Assembly (NCBI GenBank): GCA_044351885.1
Contig: JBILEW010000010.1
Location: 30-64,029 of the forward strand
Reading direction: 5' to 3'
Origin: Bdellovibrionota bacterium
Lineage (GTDB): Bacteria > Bdellovibrionota_C > UBA2361 > OMII01
DNA length: 64,000 bases
Part shown: positions 1 through 9,848 of the stretch, in pieces
Layout: each line of letters opens with the position of its first letter
How positions within the stretch are numbered: position 1 is the first letter of the stretch
Translations under genes and position numbers: made by a program
The notes under the pieces: generated by a model
What the model was told of the DNA's origin: nothing
Database searches by the model: none
The model's input: only the letters and a program-made list of their open reading frames with translations

Positions 1-104
1 AACATCAAGATGTTCGGCTACGTGCACGTTTACGAGCACGAGCACGTTCACGTGTTAAGTTCAAAAGTGAGATCACAGGTAAGTTTTGCCTCGCATCCTT
101 AGGG
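1..104 (+). mobile_element. Right half of empty NCGTRN inverted-repeat element (MITE-like), cut by window edge
   Basis: aacatcaagatgttcgg..cgtgcacgtttacgagcacgagcacgttcacgtg..ggtaagttttgcctcgcatccttaggg closely matches 1018-1126. Confidence 0.8.
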
Positions 105-226
105 GTTGGGGTACTATATCGAAGGATTGCAACCCGGTGGTATGGCATTACCATCATGGCGCGCATTTTGATCAGGAATCCGCAAGCATCCGCAGAGCCG
201 CTTTAGCAAAATAACGTCGGCTAAGC

Positions 227-910
227 CTAGCTGTACAGGCTCTCGATAACGACGCTTTGACCGGTCGAAGGATGGCAGAAGCTTACTCGGTGTGCGTGCA
301 GGAAAAATTCGCGCCCTATCCCATAGTGCAAGGAGAGGGATCGAGTCGATCCGTAGAGTGAGTCTCCGACGAGCGGGTAACCTAGATACGCCGCGTGTAT
401 CCGAATCTGGTGCCTACGAGCAGGAGAGGCGGCTACCTCGACTAAGCTGCTCTTCGTCGTCTCATCGTATGAAATCAGCGTGAAATGCGAGGTTCCTTCG
501 AGGGCGCGGGCTGCCTTTGACGGCTTCTTCTCGTAAATTTTCATCTTTCGAGCTCCACGGTGAGGAGAGCCGATATACGTCGTAACGGAGTGGTGTTGGG
601 GAAATTGACCTTCGACGCATGCAACGTATCGCTTGTCTATCTCGCCCCGAGTTATCATTTCGTGAAGGACCTCCCACATCGACTGAGTGTATGCGCCGAG
701 AAGGATCCCGCTCGTGGAGAGGTCGAGCCGGGTCACGAGACCAGCATCGGTTCCTGGTGTTCCGACCTCAGCGAGAGAAGGATCCTCGGCAAGGAGGAGA
801 TCGGCGATGGAAGAACCGCCTGACGAGCCGGCGCGCACGGAGTGAACCCCGGTCGGCTTCTCTACCGCGAAGATCTCGTTGTCTCTGTAGAGGTAGGAGA
901 GGGTGGTCAT
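227..910 (-). CDS. RluA-family RNA pseudouridine synthase
   Basis: Motifs VEKPTG, TRLDLSTSG (catalytic Asp), RRHQIRIH, PLVGDSLYG, LHA. Start moved to ATG 910 because the longer ORF (955) runs into the repeat. Confidence 0.85.
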   Translation of the reverse strand: MTTLSYLYRDNEIFAVEKPTGVHSVRAGSSGGSSIADLLLAEDPSLAEVGTPGTDAGLVTRLDLSTSGILLGAYTQSMWEVLHEMITRGEIDKRYVACVEGQFPQHHSVTTYIGSPHRGARKMKIYEKKPSKAARALEGTSHFTLISYDETTKSSLVEVAASPARRHQIRIHAAYLGYPLVGDSLYGSTRSLSLHYGIGREFFLHAHRVSFCHPSTGQSVVIESLYS

Positions 911-937
911 GTTGGGTAAGATATAATGAGGTGAAGC

Positions 938-1126
938 CCCAGGGAAGTGAAGCAAAACCTACCACTCTTATACGTGAACGTGCTCGTGCATCTGAACGTA
1001 AACGCACCCGAAACAAAAACATCAAGATGTTCGGGAACGTGCACGTTTACGAGCACGAGCACGAGCACGTTCACGTGATAAGTTCAACAGTGAGACTACA
1101 GGTCAGTTTCGCCTCGCTTCCCTGGG
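938..1126 (+). mobile_element. Empty NCGTRN inverted-repeat element (MITE-like), ~189 bp, two nested IR pairs
   Basis: Outer arms cccagggaagtgaagcaaaacctacc / ggtcagtttcgcctcgcttccctggg; inner arms acgtgaacgtgctcgtgc..cccgaa / ttcggg..gcacgagcacgttcacgt. Confidence 0.8.
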
Positions 1127-1168
1127 CAAACAAGTGGTATTTTCACCCGACGAATTTGACTAACGCAC

Positions 1169-2023
1169 ATGGAAATCATCGCAAAACTCGACAACCTGAT
1201 TGCATCCAAGACTCTCACACCGAGCACCTTTCGGCGCTTGGTGCTGCGCTTCTTCGAGCGATCGAAGCGCTCGTTTCCGTGGCGAGAAACCCACGATCCG
1301 TACGAGATCCTGGTCAGCGAGGTCATGCTCCAACAAACTCAAACCGAGCGCGTGGTTCAAAAGTACGGGCAGTTCCTGGAAAAATTTCCCTCCTGTGATG
1401 CCCTAGCAAAGGCATCGGTCGGCGAGGTGGTCGCAGTATGGCAAGGGCTCGGATACTATCGACGCGCCTTGAACCTACACCGAGCTGCACAGGCGGTAGT
1501 ACGAGATTTTGGTTCTCGATTTCCGGACGAAGTAGAAATCCTTCGAACCCTCCCAGGCTTGGGACCGTACACGGCAGCGGCGGTAGCAGCGTTTGCCTTC
1601 GGCAGAGCTGTTCCGATGATTGAGACGAATATCAGAGCGCTCTACCTGTATAGCTTCTTTCCCAAGCGAAGGAGCGTTGGTGACAAGGAGATACTCGAGC
1701 TGGTAGAGGCAACGCTCGACAAGCGTAATCCTAGACGGTGGTTTTATGCCTTGATGGATCTGGGTGTCGAGCTCAAGCGTCACCGCAAGAAGATCAATCA
1801 ACGCAGCAAGCACTACACACGCCAATCAAAATTCGAGGGCTCTCACCGCCAGGTGAGAGCAGCCGTGCTTCGGGTGTTGACCGAGAAAGCCAGAGCGAAG
1901 CGAGAGACTATTGAGAAGGCTACGAAATGCGCCTCAGAGCGGGTGGAAAGAGCCTTATTTGAGCTAGAGCGCGAGGGGTTCGTTACGTGTTCTAGGGGTA
2001 TCTACGCGCTGCGAGTGGATTAA
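1169..2023 (+). CDS. mutY: A/G-specific adenine glycosylase, short form lacking Fe-S cluster
   Basis: FPWR..DPYEILVSEVMLQQTQ, WQGLGYYRRA, HhH LPGLGPYTA, ALMDLG; no CX6CX2CX5C and no NUDIX-like tail. Confidence 0.85.
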   Translation: MEIIAKLDNLIASKTLTPSTFRRLVLRFFERSKRSFPWRETHDPYEILVSEVMLQQTQTERVVQKYGQFLEKFPSCDALAKASVGEVVAVWQGLGYYRRALNLHRAAQAVVRDFGSRFPDEVEILRTLPGLGPYTAAAVAAFAFGRAVPMIETNIRALYLYSFFPKRRSVGDKEILELVEATLDKRNPRRWFYALMDLGVELKRHRKKINQRSKHYTRQSKFEGSHRQVRAAVLRVLTEKARAKRETIEKATKCASERVERALFELEREGFVTCSRGIYALRVD

Positions 2024-2046
2024 CAGAGGGATGAAAGACCCTTGTC

Positions 2047-2072
2047 AGAAGGGACGACGTCCAGGCCGTCCG
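2047..2072. repeat. Single degenerate REP (GGACGGCG family)
   Basis: agaagggacgacgtccaggccgtccg matches 5100-5125 at 23/26; lies between convergent genes. Confidence 0.6.
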
Positions 2073-2079
2073 CACCTGC

Positions 2080-2895
2080 CTATCCCACAAACCGACGCTC
2101 ACCACGATCGGCGATCTGGGTGAACTGGCTCTTCCACTTGCGATGTGTGGAGATAATCTTGCGAGCGTAGGCGAGGCTCTCCATCGGGGCACGCGCTCTG
2201 CGCTTGAGGGCGCTATCGAGGTTTGCAGGTCCCCAGTTGTACGCGATCAGCATGCGCTCCCGATTACCACCGAACTTAGCTTCGAGATATTTCAGGTAAG
2301 CGATCCCGAGACGTAGATTCGTCTTTGGGTCTTTAAGCGAGCGAACACCGCCCCAGGAGATGTTCTCCATAGCGGAGACGTAGCGACCGGTTTCCGGCAT
2401 GATCTGCATGAGGCCTTGAGCGCCTTTGTGAGATACGGCGCCGTGTTTGAACATGCTCTCTGCGTAGATTACTGCGGCAACGAATATCGGATCGTATTCG
2501 GCCTTTGCACACTCTGACACGATCGTGTGCGCGAGCGATTCGGCTTCGTGTTGTGGCGCCTTGTGGGCATGAATGAGGTCCGATACGAAGCGTACGTGCT
2601 CGTCGTGAGAAGAGTTCCGCTCTTCGCTCGTATTCATGACTATAGGTACGAGGGGAGCCAAGGCTTGCATGGAATCACGTGCCGCTGCCAGCGGGCGCGA
2701 CGCCGAGGCGAGGGCTAAAGAATCACGTAGGGATTCAAAGGTGACCCGCTCGATAGCTACCTTCTCGGGATCTTGGAACCGAGAGAGGCGCAGCCCCGGG
2801 GCTGCAAAGCAGACGCACAGGATACTGAGAGCGCCTACCGTTACCAGATTCTCTGCGGTAAAAAATGACCGCTGTTTAGAATTACCACTTTGCAT
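2080..2895 (-). CDS. Lytic transglycosylase (SLT domain) with N-terminal membrane anchor
   Basis: VIYAES (catalytic Glu), GAQGLMQIMP, AYNWG. Start uncertain (ORF extends to 2937). Confidence 0.85.
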   Translation of the reverse strand: MQSGNSKQRSFFTAENLVTVGALSILCVCFAAPGLRLSRFQDPEKVAIERVTFESLRDSLALASASRPLAAARDSMQALAPLVPIVMNTSEERNSSHDEHVRFVSDLIHAHKAPQHEAESLAHTIVSECAKAEYDPIFVAAVIYAESMFKHGAVSHKGAQGLMQIMPETGRYVSAMENISWGGVRSLKDPKTNLRLGIAYLKYLEAKFGGNRERMLIAYNWGPANLDSALKRRARAPMESLAYARKIISTHRKWKSQFTQIADRGERRFVG

Positions 2896-3118
2896 AAGTA
2901 CATCCGCCCGTCTGGGACTAAAGTTCGCCAAAACCAACGTTTTGTTGCGAACGCCCTTTAGTCAGTTCGGTACAGCCATTAGAAGCCGTTCCCTCCCCGG
3001 TCGAACCGCTTTTCTGGAGGTGATATGGCGTTTCCACGAGAAAGCGTGCCATGCTTCAGTTGAGAAAAGCAACAAAGCCTAGTAGAATAAGGTAGTTAAA
3101 GGTAGTTTAGAGTTGCCC

Positions 3119-5017
3119 ATGGATCTTAGTGAGAGACATCAGGTGGTTGTAGTCGGGGGAGGCCACGCTGGGGTGGAGGCTGCATACGCCTCGGCGCGCC
3201 TCGGTGTGCCTACGGTGTTGGTGTCCCTCAGGCGCGAAGGCATCGGTCAGATGTCGTGTAATCCTGCCATCGGAGGAGTCGGTAAGGGTCATCTTGTCAA
3301 AGAGGTAGACGCTCTCGGTGGACTCATGGGGAGAGCCATCGATGCCACAGGCATACAGTTTCGAACTTTAAACACCAGTAAAGGTGCGGCAGCGAGAGCA
3401 TCGCGTGCGCAGGCCGACCGCGATCTCTACAAGGAGTGGGTGCAGCGCTACCTTGAGCAGGTTCCGAATCTCTCGATCGTAGAGGGTGAGGCTGCGGAGA
3501 TCGTTCTCTCCGGTGAGGAGGTGCAAGGGGTTCGTCTCAGAGATGGTTCGGTACTTCCAGCGCGCGCCGTTGTTCTCACCACCGGTACATTTCTTAAAGC
3601 GCTCATGCATACCGGCTCCTCTCAAACCGAGGGCGGACGACTCGGAGACATATCATCCAATTCGTTGAGCGACTCTCTCCGAGCGCTCGGATTTCCACTC
3701 GGACGGCTCAAGACGGGAACGCCCCCACGCCTGAGGCGCTCCACTATTGATTTCTCGGTACTCGAAGAACAGCCAGGAGACACGCCGCCACAACCGTTTT
3801 CATTCATGACCGGTTCAATCAACAGGCCGCAGATCTCGTGTTGGATGACCTCGACCAACGAAGTGACTCACGACCTGATACGTGCCAATCGTGAGCGAAG
3901 CCCGATGTTCAATGGGCAGATTAAATCAGGGGGGCCGCGCTACTGCCCGTCGATTGAAGACAAGGTCTTTCGTTTTGCGGACAAGACCAGCCATACTGTT
4001 TTCTTGGAGCCCGAAGGTTTTACCTCCGACATCGTGTATCCCAACGGGATCTCCACATCTCTGCCCCTCGATGTTCAAGAATCCTTTGTGCGAAAGATTC
4101 GAGGTTTGGAGAACGTCGAGTTTCTCGCTCCTGGCTATGCAGTTGAGTACGATTTCGTCGACCCACGCGAGCTATCGCAAACCTATGAAACAAAGGGAGT
4201 GCGCGGACTTTATCTCGCAGGCCAGATAAATGGGACGAGTGGATACGAAGAGGCAGCCGCGCAAGGGATCATCGCTGGAGCAAATGCGGCGCTCAAGGTG
4301 GTCGAAAAGGACCCGTTGATAATAACCCGAGGTCAGGGCTACATCGGTGTCATGACCGATGACCTCACGACGATGGGGGTCGATGAGCCGTATCGCATGT
4401 TCACCTCGCGCGCTGAGTACCGGTTGATCCTCCGAGAGGACAACGCCACTACGCGCATCTGTCCGATAGCGCGAGCGATAGGACTTCTTACGCCAGAGCA
4501 GATAGAGAGCTTCGAAGCGCGGCAAGGTTCGTACGACAGAGCATCAGCATGGATCTCAAAGGTTCGTGTGAAGCCGAACGCTGAAAACAATGCGTGGCTA
4601 GAACAGAACGACACGGCGCAGTTAAAGGACAGCGTCACCGTCGCGCAGCTCTTGAAGCGTCCGCAGCTCTCGCTGCGTCAGATACTGAAACAGTTTCCTT
4701 ACGAAGAGTCGCTGTCTGCTGATGTCGAGGCTGCACTCGAGATCGAGTTTAAGTTTGCAGGATATCTCAATCGTCAGGAAGAAGAAGTTCAGCGTCTCAA
4801 GAGGATCGAGGTCGAGGTCATACCGCACGATTTCCCGTACGACGAGATCAAGCAGCTCCGAGTTGAAGCGCGCGAGAAGTTAAAGAAACATCGCCCCTCT
4901 TCGATTGGGCAGGCGATGCGTATTCCTGGAGTTACACCGAGTGCGATATCGCTCTTGGCGGTATATCTGAAACGGTTTCGAGCCGGGGAGCTGGCGTCTT
5001 CCGAGGGGTCCAATTGA
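3119..5017 (+). CDS. mnmG: tRNA uridine-5-carboxymethylaminomethyl(34) synthesis enzyme MnmG
   Basis: [62 protein letters not shown]. Confidence 0.97.
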   Translation: MDLSERHQVVVVGGGHAGVEAAYASARLGVPTVLVSLRREGIGQMSCNPAIGGVGKGHLVKEVDALGGLMGRAIDATGIQFRTLNTSKGAAARASRAQADRDLYKEWVQRYLEQVPNLSIVEGEAAEIVLSGEEVQGVRLRDGSVLPARAVVLTTGTFLKALMHTGSSQTEGGRLGDISSNSLSDSLRALGFPLGRLKTGTPPRLRRSTIDFSVLEEQPGDTPPQPFSFMTGSINRPQISCWMTSTNEVTHDLIRANRERSPMFNGQIKSGGPRYCPSIEDKVFRFADKTSHTVFLEPEGFTSDIVYPNGISTSLPLDVQESFVRKIRGLENVEFLAPGYAVEYDFVDPRELSQTYETKGVRGLYLAGQINGTSGYEEAAAQGIIAGANAALKVVEKDPLIITRGQGYIGVMTDDLTTMGVDEPYRMFTSRAEYRLILREDNATTRICPIARAIGLLTPEQIESFEARQGSYDRASAWISKVRVKPNAENNAWLEQNDTAQLKDSVTVAQLLKRPQLSLRQILKQFPYEESLSADVEAALEIEFKFAGYLNRQEEEVQRLKRIEVEVIPHDFPYDEIKQLRVEAREKLKKHRPSSIGQAMRIPGVTPSAISLLAVYLKRFRAGELASSEGSN

Positions 5018-5126
5018 CGGACGGCGTGGACGCCGTCCCTCCTACGATGGTCGCGATAGAAGCAGCGATGCTTGGTCCGTGATAAAAGTGTAACCACCCA
5101 GGAGGGACGGCGTCCACGCCGTCCGT
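5017..5126. repeat. REPIN-like doublet: two inverted REP palindromes
   Basis: Perfect 27-bp IR acggacggcgtggacgccgtccctcct (5017-5043) / 5100-5126; each arm is a hairpin; lies between convergent mnmG and glmU. Confidence 0.85.
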
Positions 5127-5142
5127 GATGCGCGCGGCTCAG

Positions 5143-6549
5143 TCACGACTTATCGAGGATCTCCCGCCGCTTCTTCGCCCACTCAGCCTTGTTCTCCTGC
5201 TTCGCTCTACCGAGAGCGAGGCTGTCTGCAGGTACGTCCTTGGTAATTACCGATCCTGCTGCGATGAGCGCTCCATCGCCGATCTTTACAGGAGCCACTA
5301 AGCTAGAGTTGCTGCCGATGAAGACGTCGGAGCCGATCGTCGTGTTGGATTTCTTGTAGCCATCGTAATTGCACGTAATGGTACCAGCGCCAATATTAGT
5401 GCCATCGCCGACGGTGCAATCGCCCAGATAGGTGAGGTGCGATGCCTTAGCTTCGACGCCAAGGGTGGCATTCTTGGTTTCTACGAAATTTCCTACCTTC
5501 GCTCCAGCGCCGAGCTTTGAACCTGGTCTTATATGTGCGAAGGGACCAACGGAGGCACCTGAGCCGATGATTGAATCATCGATCTTGGTGCCAAGTTTAA
5601 TAACGGCACCTTTTTCAATCGTGGAATCGGCGATGATAGCGGTGCCTTCAATCACAACACCGTCACCGATCGATGTTCGCCCGCGCAGCTGCACATTCGG
5701 TCCGATACGAGCACCGGGCGCGATAGTAACTCGAGGATCGACGAAGCAACTCTTGGGGTCGTCGAAGTTGACTCCGTTGTCGTGAAGCACCTTGATGTGC
5801 CGTTGAGCGAGGATCTCGTTGACGAGCGAGAGATCCGCTGGGCTGTTAACACCTGCAGCCTCTTGCGCACTCGCGAGTGGGAAGGCCAAAACCGTTTGAC
5901 CTTCACTGGAGGCCTTCTCGACGATGTCGGTCAGATAGTACTCGCCTTGAGCGTTGGAGTTGGTGAGCGAAGTTACTGCCGGTCTCAAGAATGCAGAGTC
6001 GACTGCGTAGACACCCGAGTTCACCTCTTGAATGAGGATCTCCTCCGGATTGCAATCCTTGGCCTCCGTTACTTTCAAAACGTTGCCTGCGCTGGAGCGA
6101 ATGACACGCCCGTATCCGTTTGGAGGCGGTACGGTAAAAGACATCAGCGTCAGGGTCGCCTTCTTGAAGGTGTGAAAAGCAAGGAAGAGCTTGAGCGTAT
6201 CCGGGGTGAAGAGGGGGTGGTCTGCGTAGGTTATGATCACCGTTCCCTGAAAAGAGCCTAGGGCTTTGAGCGCGCACTGTACCGCGTGTCCAGTGCCGAG
6301 CTGCTCGGCTTGATACGCTACTTCAATATTGTGACCCTTCGCGCTGGGGCTGTCGGCGAGATGTCCTTCCAAGAGCTCGCGTTTGTGTCCGGCTACGACG
6401 ATCGTCTTTTCCGGGTGCAATGTCCCTGTGGCATCCAAGACGTGATCGATGAGCGGCTTTTCACGGGTCGAAACTATCGCTTTGGGGAGGTCTCCCCCCA
6501 TCCGCTTCCCCATGCCGGCGGCTAGAATGATGCAGCAGATCTTCTCCAT
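5143..6549 (-). CDS. glmU: Bifunctional UDP-GlcNAc pyrophosphorylase / glucosamine-1-phosphate N-acetyltransferase
   Basis: ILAAGMGKRM..PK, EQLGTGHAV, GEYYLTD, hexapeptide repeats, GNFVETK, HLTYLGD, ITCNYDG. Confidence 0.96.
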   Translation of the reverse strand: MEKICCIILAAGMGKRMGGDLPKAIVSTREKPLIDHVLDATGTLHPEKTIVVAGHKRELLEGHLADSPSAKGHNIEVAYQAEQLGTGHAVQCALKALGSFQGTVIITYADHPLFTPDTLKLFLAFHTFKKATLTLMSFTVPPPNGYGRVIRSSAGNVLKVTEAKDCNPEEILIQEVNSGVYAVDSAFLRPAVTSLTNSNAQGEYYLTDIVEKASSEGQTVLAFPLASAQEAAGVNSPADLSLVNEILAQRHIKVLHDNGVNFDDPKSCFVDPRVTIAPGARIGPNVQLRGRTSIGDGVVIEGTAIIADSTIEKGAVIKLGTKIDDSIIGSGASVGPFAHIRPGSKLGAGAKVGNFVETKNATLGVEAKASHLTYLGDCTVGDGTNIGAGTITCNYDGYKKSNTTIGSDVFIGSNSSLVAPVKIGDGALIAAGSVITKDVPADSLALGRAKQENKAEWAKKRREILDKS

Positions 6550-6727
6550 ATCGTATCGAACGGTAGCATGTACCTAGAGCGGGAAAAATAGGTCTAAATG
6601 GCTCAAAATCCCGACGAATAAGTCGAATCGTGGTATTGAGGGCAGCGGGCACCTCAAAACCCCGAATACCCTTTTACCTTTCACACATCCTTGGTATGCA
6701 TGTACGGCATCAGGGAGAGAGACTTAT

Positions 6728-7960
6728 ATGACCACCAAAATCCGTGTTACCAATCCTGTAGTAGAGCTCGATGGCGATGAGATGACCAGGATTATCTGGC
6801 AGATCATCCGAGAGAAGCTGATACTTCCTTTCCTCGACATCGACATCAAGTACTACGATCTCTCCATTCAGAATCGCGATGCTACGGATGACAAGGTCAC
6901 CGTCGACTCTGCTGAAGCGATCAAGAAGTACGGGGTCGGCATCAAGTGTGCGACCATTACGCCGGACGAGGCTCGTGTCAAAGAGTTCAGCCTCAAGAAG
7001 ATGTGGAAGTCGCCCAACGGCACTATCCGTAACATTATCGGCGGCACGGTGTTCCGCGAGCCGATCCTCTGCAAGAATATCCCTCGGCTAGTACCAGGTT
7101 GGACGGAGTCGATAGTCGTTGGTCGACACGCCTTTGGCGATCAATATCGAGCAACGGACTTCAAAGTTCCTGGGAAGGGCAAGCTCACGATGAAGTTTGA
7201 GCCTGCTGACGGTGGCAAGCCGGTTGAGTACGAGGTGTTTGATTTTCCCGGCGCAGGAATCGCGATGGGGATGTACAACCTCGACGAGTCGATTCAGAGC
7301 TTTGCGAGGAGCTGCCTCAACTACGGCTTGTCCAAGAAGCTTCCAGTGTACCTCTCGACAAAGAACACGATCCTCAAAGCCTACGATGGGCGCTTCAAGG
7401 ATATCTTCCAAGATATCTACGACCGCGAGTTCAAGGTCGATTTCGAGAAAGCAGGTATCGAGTATCAGCACCGCTTGATCGATGACATGGTTGCTTACTG
7501 CATGAAGTCCAAGGGAGGCTTCGTCTGGGCATGTAAGAACTACGACGGTGATGTGCAGTCCGATTCCGTGGCGCAAGGTTTCGGCTCGCTCGGACTGATG
7601 ACCTCAGTACTGATGACAGAGGACGGAAAGACCATTGAAGCCGAAGCCGCACACGGAACCGTTACCCGGCACTACCGCATGCACCAACAGGGCAAGGAGA
7701 CCTCGACCAATCCGATCGCGTCGATCTTTGCGTGGACGTGTGGCTTGAAGTTCCGTGGGGAGTTCGACGGAAATCAGCAGCTCGTAGCGTTTGCTCAAGC
7801 GCTCGAAGATGTGTGCGTTCAGACTGTTGAGGGAGGGGTTATGACGAAAGACCTCGCTCTCTGTATCTACGGTGAAGCGCTCGAGCGGAAGCACTATGTG
7901 ACTACGGAGCAGTTCCTCGAAGCTATCGCTCAGGGGATCGCCCGTCGTATGACGCATTAA
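6728..7960 (+). CDS. icd: NADP-dependent isocitrate dehydrogenase (eukaryote-like subfamily)
   Basis: [61 protein letters not shown]. Confidence 0.96.
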   Translation: MTTKIRVTNPVVELDGDEMTRIIWQIIREKLILPFLDIDIKYYDLSIQNRDATDDKVTVDSAEAIKKYGVGIKCATITPDEARVKEFSLKKMWKSPNGTIRNIIGGTVFREPILCKNIPRLVPGWTESIVVGRHAFGDQYRATDFKVPGKGKLTMKFEPADGGKPVEYEVFDFPGAGIAMGMYNLDESIQSFARSCLNYGLSKKLPVYLSTKNTILKAYDGRFKDIFQDIYDREFKVDFEKAGIEYQHRLIDDMVAYCMKSKGGFVWACKNYDGDVQSDSVAQGFGSLGLMTSVLMTEDGKTIEAEAAHGTVTRHYRMHQQGKETSTNPIASIFAWTCGLKFRGEFDGNQQLVAFAQALEDVCVQTVEGGVMTKDLALCIYGEALERKHYVTTEQFLEAIAQGIARRMTH

Positions 7961-7996
7961 TCCTACTGGGTGGACGAACGCCTATGTAATGGAATA

Positions 7997-8140
7997 CGGA
8001 CGGCGGGGACGCCGTCCCTCCTAAGGCCGCGCGGGGAAACTTTAATAATCAACCCAACCCCCACTTTCTGGCTATGGGAAGGCTTTGCCTCGCTCCCCCT
8101 AAAACAGTCGTAACAGGAGGGACGGCGTCCCCGCCGTCCG
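7997..8140. repeat. REPIN-like doublet (same family as 5017-5126) with a second repeat module inside
   Basis: Perfect 26-bp IR cggacggcggggacgccgtccctcct / aggagggacggcgtccccgccgtccg; lies between convergent icd and the redoxin gene. Confidence 0.85.
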
Positions 8141-8201
8141 ATCCCTTGGAATCACGCAATCGTTCTAAATGGAACAACCCCCGCCATCCCTCTCCGACCA
8201 A

Positions 8202-8783
8202 TCACCGACTCTCAACCAACCCAGCGATCATCTGCACCGGCTGGACGGTATCCCAGGCACGTGGGCCTTCCAATTTGGCGGTTATGTTACCGGTGTTCGG
8301 ATCCTTGAAGTAGATAGGTGTCCCTTGTCGATCGAGAAATAGGGTACTCGGAAGCTCCTTTATCGAGAAGAAGCTCTTCAGATCGCCCGTGATATCCATG
8401 AGAACTGGAAAGGGGAGCTGAAGACGGGTGACAAAGCTTTGCGTTTGAAAGGGCTCGTCGTCTACGGCTACTCCTACGATCGCAAATTGTGAGCCCTTGA
8501 AGTTGTCGTGAAGGTTACGTAACGACGGAGCTTCGATCGAACACTCTCGACACCACGAGGACATAAAATGCAGCATGACGATCTTGCCACGTTGGTCCGA
8601 GATGCTCATCTGACCACCGTTGGCGACAGGCTGCCTCATTTGCAACACCTCTCGAAGCGCCTGATTCTGCTCCGAAGGTGCAGAGGAAGACGAACGAAGG
8701 GAACATCCCGAGGCACCCAGAAGTCCAGAGAGGATCAAAGCTACTCCGACCCAAGCCACAGACGACGATACGTTTCTCTTCAT
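8202..8783 (-). CDS. TlpA/ResA-like thiol-disulfide oxidoreductase, probable lipoprotein
   Basis: GKIVMLHFMSSWCREC, LPSTLFLD, GPRAW; signal peptide ending ASGC. Confidence 0.85.
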   Translation of the reverse strand: MKRNVSSSVAWVGVALILSGLLGASGCSLRSSSSAPSEQNQALREVLQMRQPVANGGQMSISDQRGKIVMLHFMSSWCRECSIEAPSLRNLHDNFKGSQFAIVGVAVDDEPFQTQSFVTRLQLPFPVLMDITGDLKSFFSIKELPSTLFLDRQGTPIYFKDPNTGNITAKLEGPRAWDTVQPVQMIAGLVESR

Positions 8784-8802
8784 CGGAGCGCTCCCTGTAT
8801 CT

Positions 8803-9837
8803 TCAATGCGTGACGTTAATTCTCGTAAGTTTTTGAGTGGTCGTTCGCCCGAACTGATCCCTCAAAGAAACTGAAACCGGTTGCTTTTGAAAGCTCTCTG
8901 AGGCGAGGGGGAAGTATTCCCCTATATACTGACCAGGTCGACGCTCCACCATCGGTATCGTCTCAACCGCAGAACCGATCGAAAAGAATGCCGTGTGGCC
9001 CGGAGTCCCTAGGGCAACGACGGTTAGCTTTCCTTTCGGCGCTATCACTCCGTTGGAGGCATCGTGTGCCGATGCGACCAGAGCCGGTGGAGCTGCCTGC
9101 AGAAACTCCGGACGATTCCTAGCGTTCAACGGAGCAACCGCTTTCGAAACGATCTCTCGTGCCAGGTCCGTAACTATCGTGTTGTCGAGTCCGCGAATCG
9201 GCTCGAGCACAACCGAAGACAATCCAGTCGGACCCTTGGTGATTCCACGACTGACGGAGTCTTCGGCGTGAGACTCAAAGAGGATTTTCTTCGTATTCGC
9301 AGATACCAACTTGAGGTCTATTCCTATCGTGGCTACGGTTTGAACACCGTAATAGCTCCGATCCCACTTCGTTACCTTCCCGTATAGTACAGCGTCGCAT
9401 GAAAGGAGATCTCTGCACACAGAGCTGGGATCTGCAGCAAACACCCGCTTGAGATCTAGCTTGGCAGCGCCGTTACCAGGCAAGGTGTAACCCTTGTGAA
9501 CAAACTCTGCGTCGACGATGGCAGGAATGATTACGTCGAGAGAGGCTTTCGAGAGTTCGGACTGTACGAGATCTTGAACGAACTCTGCCGGTGTCTGTTT
9601 CAACTTCGACGATACGATGACAACGTTGTCGATGAGGAGATTCTCGTCGGTTTGGACCAACTCTCCTTTCTCGTTGACTTGAGCAAAAGGTAGTACGGCG
9701 ATGCGAATCGGCTCGGCTGGGTTGAAGTCGACCGTGTGCTTGAAGGTGCCCGCGCAGGCCGAAAGCATTATGATCGCGAATCCGCCAATGAGAGGGCGAA
9801 GAAGAATAGAGGACAGACGAATGGAGGATGTTCTCAT
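8803..9837 (-). CDS. Lipoprotein, GNA1162/DUF799-like domain plus C-terminal beta domain
   Basis: Lipobox LSAC; RIAVLPF, CDAVLYGKVTKWD, LVSANTKKILF (CsgG/DUF799-like fold). Confidence 0.6.
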   Translation of the reverse strand: MRTSSIRLSSILLRPLIGGFAIIMLSACAGTFKHTVDFNPAEPIRIAVLPFAQVNEKGELVQTDENLLIDNVVIVSSKLKQTPAEFVQDLVQSELSKASLDVIIPAIVDAEFVHKGYTLPGNGAAKLDLKRVFAADPSSVCRDLLSCDAVLYGKVTKWDRSYYGVQTVATIGIDLKLVSANTKKILFESHAEDSVSRGITKGPTGLSSVVLEPIRGLDNTIVTDLAREIVSKAVAPLNARNRPEFLQAAPPALVASAHDASNGVIAPKGKLTVVALGTPGHTAFFSIGSAVETIPMVERRPGQYIGEYFPLASESFQKQPVSVSLRDQFGRTTTQKLTRINVTH

Positions 9838-9848
9838 AGTGCGCTCCT

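Noticed and set aside
619-1398. 259-aa ORF and other short ORFs containing HVYEHEHVHV
   Set aside because: His-rich tracts are translations of the NCGTRN repeat; the ORFs overlap rluA/mutY or other real genes.
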